From assembly GCA_965226495.1 (NCBI GenBank), contig OZ245365.1, positions 4,896,001 through 4,960,000 of the forward strand: a DNA stretch of 64,000 nucleotides. Reading direction: 5' to 3'. Shown here piece after piece: positions 9,662 to 17,247 of this stretch (the first letter of the stretch is position 1; each line of letters opens with the position of its first letter). The position numbers were made by a program, and so were the translations under genes. The stretch comes from Candidatus Marinacidobacterales bacterium. GTDB taxonomy: Bacteria; Acidobacteriota; Vicinamibacteria; Marinacidobacterales; DATDRI01. The notes under the pieces are model-generated. The model worked only from the letters and a program-made list of their open reading frames with translations. It searched no databases and was not told the DNA's origin.

Positions 9662-9674
9662 TTGGTACCGGGGG
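9662..9674. other. Attachment-site core of the serine recombinase element
   Basis: TTGGTACCGGGGG identical to 18800-18812 (tRNA-Leu 3' end). Confidence 0.7.
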
Positions 9675-9940
9675 GGCGGCATTTCTAGAAGTACCTAAGC
9701 GGCGGTACCGGATTGGCGGGCGGCTGGCGGATGACGCTCGGTTACTCTACTGAATCCCCAACCTGCGCTGGTGGATCGTAGCCCTTCTTTTCCTGGCCAC
9801 GGCCATCAGCTACATCGAATCGTACCCTTGCGTCGTCCCGTCGAGCGGATCTCCAACGGCGATTTGAGCCATTTATCGTAAGGCCCAGCGGGGTAATGTT
9901 ACTCTACTTCGTATCCCGTCCGGACGGCGATTTGAGCCAT

Positions 9941-10711
9941 TTATCGCCCAGCGGGGTAATGCAACTTGAACGAGATCCAGAAAAACCCTAGAACAAAGGA
10001 AAGTGCCCAACCAACCGCCCATCCTCCGAATATCACGGTCGACGACATGCCAATCGCTACCACAACACCCACCAATCCAAGGAGAACCAAATATATGACC
10101 GGCTCACCATAACGGTAGTGAAAGGGCCTCCTACGCAACCAACGATTGTTGATGCCTTCCCCTTTGGTCAAGCCGCCTAGCTGCCCGGCCGTTGTCCACC
10201 GGAAATCGATTTCTGAGATGTCCACAATCTCAGCCCGAACCTTCTCCTCATCTCCAGTCGAATACGGAGCCGCTACCAACGTCTCCAGCAACACCTTCGT
10301 ACCAGGGTTGAACAGATCCCACCGAATTTCGACTCTGTGGGGGCTCTCCACGTTCTTGCTGTCGAAGATGCTCTTGTAGTGAAGAGTCACTGTAGAATCG
10401 CTCTTCGTGATCTTGGCTCCGAGAACACGCCCCGGGGCATCCCAGGTCAGTGGGGTAACGATCTCATCCCCCTTCAAAGGTTTTTGCCCCGCGTTCTCGA
10501 TTACGAACGCAAACTTCGTGAGATCCTGGATCGTCGCCTGTTTGAACTGGATCGAGACCTCGTCAGTTAAATCCTCAGCCACCGCCATCATGGAGGTTGG
10601 GCGGAGTGCGCACCAAACAAGGCGGCGCTCCTTCCTGAAGAAGGTTAGGTAGATGGTAGCAAGAGCAGCAAGAGCAAGAACGCCAGTGCCAAAACCTACA
10701 AGAAATTGCAT
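9941..10711 (-). CDS. Hypothetical membrane protein (1 N-terminal and 2 C-terminal TM helices)
   Basis: 256-aa ORF with hydrophobic ends and a beta-rich middle. Confidence 0.7.
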   Translation of the reverse strand: MQFLVGFGTGVLALAALATIYLTFFRKERRLVWCALRPTSMMAVAEDLTDEVSIQFKQATIQDLTKFAFVIENAGQKPLKGDEIVTPLTWDAPGRVLGAKITKSDSTVTLHYKSIFDSKNVESPHRVEIRWDLFNPGTKVLLETLVAAPYSTGDEEKVRAEIVDISEIDFRWTTAGQLGGLTKGEGINNRWLRRRPFHYRYGEPVIYLVLLGLVGVVVAIGMSSTVIFGGWAVGWALSFVLGFFWISFKLHYPAGR

Positions 10712-10746
10712 CCAAACCCCTACTCAGTCAATTGCACCTAATGCTA

Positions 10747-10959
10747 CTACCTTTTCTTCTTCTGGGCACGGGCCTTTGCTTCGCGGGCGGTCTTGGCGGC
10801 GTGTTGCTTTTCTGTAAGAAGTTGTAGGTTGGGAACCCTATCTGATCCACCGTCTTCAAGCGGGACTTTGTGGTCTACTTCCTTTCCTTTCGGAATCTTC
10901 GTCAAACCCTTCTTCTCCAGAAATCGCTCTACAACCTTTGGATCACGCTTGTTCGGCAT
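10747..10959 (-). CDS. Small HNH endonuclease
   Basis: EVDHKVPLEDGGSDRVPNLQLLTEKQHAAKT; ATG at 10959 after GGGAG. Confidence 0.85.
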   Translation of the reverse strand: MPNKRDPKVVERFLEKKGLTKIPKGKEVDHKVPLEDGGSDRVPNLQLLTEKQHAAKTAREAKARAQKKKR

Positions 10960-10984
10960 GATGACTCCCTTCGTTTCTAAGGCT

Positions 10985-11570
10985 ACCCCCCTGCCGGGCT
11001 TCGCGCAAGAAGACCCGGTACCTGAGAATCGCCGGAACCTCCCGCGTAGCATGGCGCGAGTCCAAGATCGGGAACGCCCGGTAACGTACCAGATCGCCGG
11101 GGCGCTGCCGGCGGGTGCTCCCTGACCTAAGGTCAGGGTCAGGCTGTGTTACAGGGGTTTCGATTTCGTGAAAAAAGGACCCAGCCGCCCCGGGGCGGAC
11201 ACACCATGTGAACCGGGAACCCCCTGGGCAAAGCTAGGCCGCTGAAACGGACCCGAGCGTCGAGAACTGGCGGTCCCTGCCGCCGCCTCTAGCTCGGAAA
11301 TGATTCCGTGTCGGCATTCCAACTATTAGACCCTAGTCGGCCGAAAAAAACGGTGATTTCTACGTTGGGGTTTACCTCACATTCTGTTAGGGGGAATTCC
11401 CTACGATCACTCCTCGCGTGGGTCGACGCGCAGTCGTCGGAGGCAGCGTGACGATCCCCAAGGTTCCTAAATCCAGGAACCCCTGCACCGCCGCACCCGC
11501 CCATCGAGGCGGAATTACATGATTACATCCTCGCCCGCGCCGCCCGGCGCAAGTGGCGGAGGTTCGGGTA
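10985..11570 (+). ncRNA. Candidate structured ncRNA 1
   Basis: Chain of hairpins, GCAA loops, G-U pairs on + strand, no credible ORF. Confidence 0.35.
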
Positions 11571-11692
11571 GGGGGTCCCCGGGCCGCGGCGTCGTCAATG
11601 CTAACCTCTGGTAAAGTATCGGACCAATTGGTCCTATTCTTTTCGGGCTGTCCTACCGTCGTAGGGGCGCCCCTCGCTGCGAGCAAACCCCC

Positions 11693-11724
11693 ATTTCGAT
11701 CGCGCAAATTTGCGCGATCGAAAT
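11693..11724. repeat. Perfect 32-bp palindrome
   Basis: ATTTCGATCGCGCAAA|TTTGCGCGATCGAAAT. Confidence 0.95.
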
Positions 11725-11907
11725 CATTCGGCAAATTTGCCTCTTGATTTTCGGTTGTTCCGATCGCGGGTAGGGGTTCGCGTCCCGCGCTGCGAGCTTC
11801 AAAACCCCCCCGCTTAGCACATTCGAAGCATAACATCAAGCAAAAGTAGCCTCTGTAACTCGCTGTGTTATAATAGGTTACTAAGTTTCTTCAAAAGTCA
11901 AGAACAC

Positions 11908-11936
11908 TTGACTTTTTAGTGTTTTTGTAGTATAAT
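11908..11936 (+). promoter_or_regulatory. Sigma70 promoter with overlapping inverted repeat
   Basis: TTGACT-17 bp-TATAAT; AAAAGTCAAG-aaca-CTTGACTTTT covers the -35. Confidence 0.75.
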
Positions 11937-12095
11937 GCCTGCGAACAAAAAATCAATCCTTAGTTTCCTTTCTTGGTGATACTGCCGGCGGGGCTACGTA
12001 GCCCCGCCGCGCGTCATTGTTTCACCTCGAAAGTCGAAGCGTTATCAAGAAAGGTCCCAGAATATGAGAACCACCAAAAAACCGGAGATCCTCCG

Positions 12096-12689
12096 ATGTT
12101 ACAGGTAGTGATCCCGAGCCCTAACCTCCCTATCCCTCACTTCCCGCCGATGCCGATGCCGTTCCGCCGGCCGCCCCGCAAGGATCCGCGTCCGTATATA
12201 CCCCCGCTGCCCGATGGGGGGCGGGGTGATTTCGTCCCCGTCCCGCAGGTTGAGCCGCGGAATTCGGAGGCGGAACCCCAAGCGGCTGCGGAGCTACTCG
12301 ATCTCGAAGTCAGGCGCACATCCGAGCGCGATAGAAAGCGGCGCTATCGCATGCAGCGCCGCCTCGCTACGGGCACCGACCGCCCTCCCCTGACGCCCAT
12401 ACAGGCCCAGCGGGCTCGGATGTCCACGTTCGAGTGGACCCGGAAGAACCCCGAAAAAAAAGCGGCTCAGAACAGGCTAGCGGCTCGCCGACTGGCGGAG
12501 ACGTACGAGGGGCATCCTATCCGGCTAATTGAAGGCTTCCCCACATCGAGGGAAGTTGAAGGGCCTCCAGTTGAGCCTTTAACCAGATTCGAGCGGGATA
12601 ATTTGATGGCTAAATTTTTCCCATCTTGTAATCCGCAAACTGGCCGGATTACAAACCATTTACAAGAATCATTCACTCTTAAACACTGA
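12096..12689 (+). CDS. Hypothetical Pro/Arg-rich protein
   Basis: Open frame downstream of the promoter, GGAG RBS before ATG; start uncertain. Confidence 0.45.
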   Translation: MLQVVIPSPNLPIPHFPPMPMPFRRPPRKDPRPYIPPLPDGGRGDFVPVPQVEPRNSEAEPQAAAELLDLEVRRTSERDRKRRYRMQRRLATGTDRPPLTPIQAQRARMSTFEWTRKNPEKKAAQNRLAARRLAETYEGHPIRLIEGFPTSREVEGPPVEPLTRFERDNLMAKFFPSCNPQTGRITNHLQESFTLKH

Positions 12690-12936
12690 CACGAGGGGGT
12701 TTACTGTACTATGAAGGCATCTTGTAATCTTGTAACCTGTAATGTGGCTTCCTATAGGGTAAGGGCAAGATACGGTCCCATCCCGTCCCACCACCCCCAA
12801 ACGGGACCGTATCTGGGATTAGTAGTCTATATAGTTATTACAAGATTACAAAATTACAAGATACTATAACTAACAGATAACAACGGATTTACCTCGTAAA
12901 CATCTTGTAAATGAGGATATTACATGAATACAAGAT
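12620..12936. repeat. Inverted iteron-like array around a central inverted repeat
   Basis: ATCTTGTA repeats (12719-12743) face ATTACAAG repeats (12837-12862); IR AGATACGGTCCC/GGGACCGTATCT between them. Confidence 0.75.
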
Positions 12937-12980
12937 CAACCCCCTCGCTAGCGCGGAGGACACAAACGAAAGGAAAAAAA

Positions 12981-13499
12981 ATGAGAAAAACCGAACGACA
13001 GGCCCGGAGGTCAGACATGGCTCGCCGGCGGCCCGATGTTGAAACTGAATCCCGCATCACAACACCAGACGACGACGCCCCGGCCCCCTCGTGGGTCAGG
13101 TCAGCTCCCGGCGGCACAGCCGGATGGGCTAGCGCGGCCGGCCTCGTGGGCAAGGTCGCTATTACGATGCCCGAGGGGGCCGGATATTTTTTGCCATTTT
13201 ACTCGAAAGTTTTGATCGTCAATATGCAGCAAGCAAAAATTTCGTATTTGGTCGACAGCGTTTCGTGCTATCACGCGATGAATGGATTTTTCTTCGAGCC
13301 CGACGTCGAAAGCCTCGTGGAAGTTTTGGATGTTGCACAAGAAAACTTTAGAAAGAAAATTGCCCATCTAAATCTTATTGAAGATCAGCCGATAGAAACC
13401 GCGCTCGGCAAGCTGGCGAAATTTCCAATTTTAAAACTTGCTTATGATCGCATCTCGGCCGTCGTTGAATTCCAACATATTGAGAAAGGATCACACTAA
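12981..13499 (+). CDS. Hypothetical protein
   Basis: AAGGA RBS; stop overlaps next start (TAATG). Confidence 0.65.
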   Translation: MRKTERQARRSDMARRRPDVETESRITTPDDDAPAPSWVRSAPGGTAGWASAAGLVGKVAITMPEGAGYFLPFYSKVLIVNMQQAKISYLVDSVSCYHAMNGFFFEPDVESLVEVLDVAQENFRKKIAHLNLIEDQPIETALGKLAKFPILKLAYDRISAVVEFQHIEKGSH

Positions 13500-14371
13500 T
13501 GCTCGACTTGTTTCGAAGTAATGCACCCCGAAGTTTGTTAACGGCACTCCGGCCGGAAGAAAGTTTTCGCGCCGCGGCAACCGCTGATCTAATCCCAGTT
13601 AATGAGGATCTTTTGGAACTCCTCGAACTCGATGCTACAGACAATTCCGCCTTCCAAATTATTGCACGGGAAGAACGCGATACATTTTTCGCAAACAGCG
13701 GCGAGTGGCTCGAAATTCACGACGTCGAGCCCGGCCTCGAAGGGCGCCCCCGACTCGCAGCAACCCGGGAGCGCATGCGATCGTTGGGCGAGAAATCCAA
13801 AACGATCTTAAATTGTGACGCCGATTTGAACGGGCGTTTCCCTAATTATTTAATCGAAATTAAAAACCGCCGCGCAATGATTTCTGACGAACTCAAACGG
13901 CGCTATGATCTCGACAATTATCCCCAGCAACTTGTGGATGCTTTTGATGCTCGCGACAAGCTCACCGAAGCTCTCGAACAATTGAGACACGAGCAGGTCG
14001 TTCTATACAAAAATAATCGGTTTGATAACGATTTCAAAGATCGCCTGCTAAAATTACAAAACCAACAACTAGATGCTCAAAACGCCCAGCGTAAACTTGC
14101 GAGGACTTTCGATGTCTACGGCAACCCCCAACGGCGGTGGACAACCCCCGAGGAATGGGCGCCGTTCCGCGAGCGGCGGCTACTGCGCGACGAAACTTTG
14201 CGCATAGAAAAACAGCGGGTAGAACTCTCGCCGAATTTGGAGGCGCAAGCTGTTTTATTGGGAACAAACAAAATCGAAAAACCGCCGAGGCCGTACCCGA
14301 AAGCGGAAACGAAACCCCCCGAGCCCTCGGCACCGCCGACTACTTTAGACGGAGGCTTGCTGAGAAAATAA
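13499..14371 (+). CDS. Hypothetical coiled-coil protein
   Basis: 290-aa ORF coupled to the upstream gene. Confidence 0.7.
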   Translation: MLDLFRSNAPRSLLTALRPEESFRAAATADLIPVNEDLLELLELDATDNSAFQIIAREERDTFFANSGEWLEIHDVEPGLEGRPRLAATRERMRSLGEKSKTILNCDADLNGRFPNYLIEIKNRRAMISDELKRRYDLDNYPQQLVDAFDARDKLTEALEQLRHEQVVLYKNNRFDNDFKDRLLKLQNQQLDAQNAQRKLARTFDVYGNPQRRWTTPEEWAPFRERRLLRDETLRIEKQRVELSPNLEAQAVLLGTNKIEKPPRPYPKAETKPPEPSAPPTTLDGGLLRK

Positions 14372-14373
14372 TA

Positions 14374-14835
14374 ATGGATAACGTTAGAATAGAATACCCC
14401 CCGGAAACGGCGGAAACGGCGCCCCTAGTTTGCACGAGAATTGCGGACGCGGTTAAACTAAAAGTTGAGCATGCGCAACTGGCGAAGTGGCTCACGGATC
14501 TTGCAGAGCCCCACGTGAAAAAGCATCTCCCCGCGTGGAGGGTCGAAGTTGCAGAGTCGATCACGTCTAAGCAACTCAAAAGAGAATGCCGCGCGTTGAC
14601 TCTCGGTGGCCCGAAAATCATTAAGTTATCGATGTCGGCCCTCGGCAAGTTAACCCGCGAGCAAGTCGAAAACATAATCATGCACGAGATCGCGCACGGG
14701 CTCACACATGACGCGGGACGAGCTACTCGCTTCCATCACGGCCCTGCGTGGCAAGATGCCGCGAAGAATCTGGGGGTGAAGTTTGATACCCGCGATCTTG
14801 TTTTTTCGGATTCTCTTAATATGGGGTTGAAGTAG
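14374..14835 (+). CDS. SprT-like zinc metalloprotease
   Basis: IIMHEIAHGL (HExxH) plus HHGPAWQ...LG. Confidence 0.8.
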   Translation: MDNVRIEYPPETAETAPLVCTRIADAVKLKVEHAQLAKWLTDLAEPHVKKHLPAWRVEVAESITSKQLKRECRALTLGGPKIIKLSMSALGKLTREQVENIIMHEIAHGLTHDAGRATRFHHGPAWQDAAKNLGVKFDTRDLVFSDSLNMGLK

Positions 14836-14844
14836 AATTTCAAA

Positions 14845-15585
14845 GAGACTCACCGCTGCGAGCACTTTGTGATCCAGAAGGATTACAAGACTGAAGCCCA
14901 GGTTTAGGCACCGTGTGGTGCTAGCGTCACCGCCCATCCCAAGTTGGCGGAAATAAAAGTCGCGCCCGATAAAGTTAATGTGCTTAAGGTGTTGTTCACT
15001 TCATTCGCCTATCAATGGTCGGGTCGAACCGCCCGATAGGAAAGAGGTGATCAACTGGTCCGAGGTCCGAGGTGAGAACCCTTGGTTAGGTAAACTTGGT
15101 GATAGGGCGCACCGCTTGCCCAAGAGCTGCCAGCGGTGCATAACCCGTGATTTCGAGGGGGCGTAAACCCCCTCGAAACATTTTAACAAAACATTCTCCC
15201 CCCCTCCCCAAGGGATAAGGCTCACCCGCGACGGGTGAGCCTTAACTTTGGGGCGCGGCGCTCGGCTTGAGCCACGCCCTCGATCAACTGTATTTAGCCA
15301 CAGCGAGGGCGTGTGCCCGCCAGCGTTTGCAGCGTCGAGCCTGCGGGTGTCTGTGCGCTTGAAAGGGATAGGCACGCCAAGAATTTAAGAACGATTTTAG
15401 AAACGCCGGGGGCTCTCTTCCACCCCGGCTAGGGCACACTCCGATTGCCTCGGAGTTGTGCCCGAGGGGATTGGGTGGGTTGGGAACGGGATCACCGTCG
15501 GCCCTCTCCGCGGGGACGCGCTCCCTCCCCCCCGGCCCCTCATCGGACTGCGAGAACGGCGACACTTGACGTTAGTGTTAGCTCG
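14845..15585 (+). ncRNA. Candidate large structured ncRNA 2
   Basis: At least ten stem-loops, several with 10-13 bp perfect stems; G-U pairs on + strand; T-loop-like motif. Confidence 0.45.
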
Positions 15586-15803
15586 AAGCGAAAAAGAAAA
15601 AAAGATATTTAGTAATACGGTTGCCCTCAACTCGAAGCGGTAGGGACTCGAAAACCACGGAGGGGGGTGGGTGTCTACGCGAGCCCGGCCAGTTTTACAC
15701 TTTGCCGCCACTTTTTTCGAGATATATCAGTAAAAATAATGGTGTCGCGATTTTTCAATCGCGCAAAACCCCCGAAAATCAGGGGAGATAGGAGCGAAAA
15801 CGA

Positions 15804-16055
15804 ATGATTTCCAAGGAAAAGGCATTAGAAAGCGCCCTCTGTCATCACGACAGTCCCGAGCACCGGCTGATGGCCTGCTGGCAGTGTAAAACCGGATACG
15901 GAAATCGAAAACCGGAAGCCAAGTGCCGATCCGCGTTGGTTTTCGGGGGGACCTTCATAACGCCCGAAGGCGAGATGCCGATCTGCTTCGAGTGTAACAA
16001 AGTCGAAGAAAAACGGCGAGAGATGGCAGAGCAAGAGCGATATGGCAAAAAATAA
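15804..16055 (+). CDS. Small Cys-rich (zinc finger-like) protein
   Basis: CWQC and CFEC motifs; AGGAG RBS. Confidence 0.65.
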   Translation: MISKEKALESALCHHDSPEHRLMACWQCKTGYGNRKPEAKCRSALVFGGTFITPEGEMPICFECNKVEEKRREMAEQERYGKK

Positions 16056-16479
16056 AGTCGGACGCCCTCGCAAGGGCAGCAAGGTCGATTTCGAGGCGGT
16101 GAGGGATCTCGCGATCCGCGGCGTCGAGCACGCCGATATCGTCGAGCACCTCGGGATCCATGAGCTTGTGCAAGTACAAGAGGCTAGCGTCAAGGTTCGA
16201 GAGACTGTGCGAGCCGGCCACGCGCAATTCCGGATCGCTATACAAAAGAAGCTCTATTCGGAGGGGGTTCTCGAAGGCAAAATTTCCAGCCTAAGAACGC
16301 TTGCGGAGAATTGGCTCGACAGATATGGGGACGCCGCCCCGAAAATTGACGAGGCAGGGATCGTCGAGGAGATCGCCTCCATCATGCAGGCCAACGCCGC
16401 GCTTCACAAAAAACACCACGCCGAAGAACCTTGCCACCTTGCCGGCTGCGGGACTTGCCGAGAACTACATGGGAACTAG
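16042..16479 (+). CDS. HTH protein, possibly terminase small subunit-like
   Basis: GRPRK N-terminus, then a helix-turn-helix-like segment (LAIRGVEHADIVEHLGI). Confidence 0.55.
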   Translation: MAKNKVGRPRKGSKVDFEAVRDLAIRGVEHADIVEHLGIHELVQVQEASVKVRETVRAGHAQFRIAIQKKLYSEGVLEGKISSLRTLAENWLDRYGDAAPKIDEAGIVEEIASIMQANAALHKKHHAEEPCHLAGCGTCRELHGN

Positions 16480-16831
16480 AAAAAACAAACCAAGCAAAAC
16501 CTCGCAGCCTCGTCCGCGAGGAACTGTGGTCAGCCGAGTATCCGAAGCCCTCGGCGCTTTTTTCGGCGGCGATCTCGCGGATATAACGATCACCCTCGCG
16601 GACGGCTCGCAGATCAAAGTTACGGCGGCGGAGGTAATCCAGCGCGATCAACGTCGAGAACAATTCGAGATCGAGATCGACGAGCCCTTGCGGCTGCGGC
16701 TACTCGAAGCCCGCCGTCAGCACTTCCGAAAACACCACCCCGAAGTTTTAGGATTATCTCGCGGCGAGCCGGTTGACTCTGTGTTCGTCGGCACCTTGCA
16801 AGAATTTTTCCAGCGGCGACGCCGCCGCTAA
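16469..16831 (+). CDS. Hypothetical protein
   Basis: Overlaps upstream stop; operon-like spacing. Confidence 0.6.
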   Translation: MGTRKNKPSKTSQPRPRGTVVSRVSEALGAFFGGDLADITITLADGSQIKVTAAEVIQRDQRREQFEIEIDEPLRLRLLEARRQHFRKHHPEVLGLSRGEPVDSVFVGTLQEFFQRRRRR

Positions 16832-16854
16832 TAACGAAAGGAAACAAAAAAACA

Positions 16855-17067
16855 ATGGCAGATTATGACGGCACAGAATTAGAAAAGCTAGCAGAGAAGA
16901 CGTCGCCCGACGAACTCGGCGACTTGATACTACGCCTCGAAGCGCGGGTCAGCTTAATTCAATTTCGGGTTAACGATCTGGAGCAAAGCGCTTACAAATC
17001 ACAAGAACAGATTCGAGCACTCGAAACGCGCAACGCGGAACTCGAAGCCCGTGCGGAGGTTCTATGA
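16855..17067 (+). CDS. Small coiled-coil protein
   Basis: AAGGA RBS, heptad leucines. Confidence 0.65.
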   Translation: MADYDGTELEKLAEKTSPDELGDLILRLEARVSLIQFRVNDLEQSAYKSQEQIRALETRNAELEARAEVL

Positions 17068-17216
17068 AGCTCAAGAAAAAACCTCGCCAGCTAGGTCGGT
17101 ATGGGCGCGGCTGGGCTTGGGTTACGAAGAAGAAAAGGAAAAATGGAAGGCACCGGATCCGTGACATACGGCGGGCTCCCGGCGGGCTGGATCTCGATTC
17201 TATGGGGTTGATCTGA
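17064..17216 (+). CDS. Possible 50-aa basic protein
   Basis: ATGA overlap with upstream stop, GGAGG RBS; MKLKKKPRQLGRYGRGWAW... Confidence 0.4.
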   Translation: MKLKKKPRQLGRYGRGWAWVTKKKRKNGRHRIRDIRRAPGGLDLDSMGLI

Positions 17217-17247
17217 AACAATCACGACGTTAAAAGGAGGTGATCTT

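Noticed and set aside
10747-11570. IscB/omega-RNA (HEARO) system
   Set aside because: The HNH is only 70 aa with no RuvC or PLMP motif, and the structure seems to favour the opposite strand.
14845-15585. CRISPR array or REP cluster as the explanation for the hairpin series
   Set aside because: The hairpins do not share sequence, spacing is irregular and no cas genes are visible.
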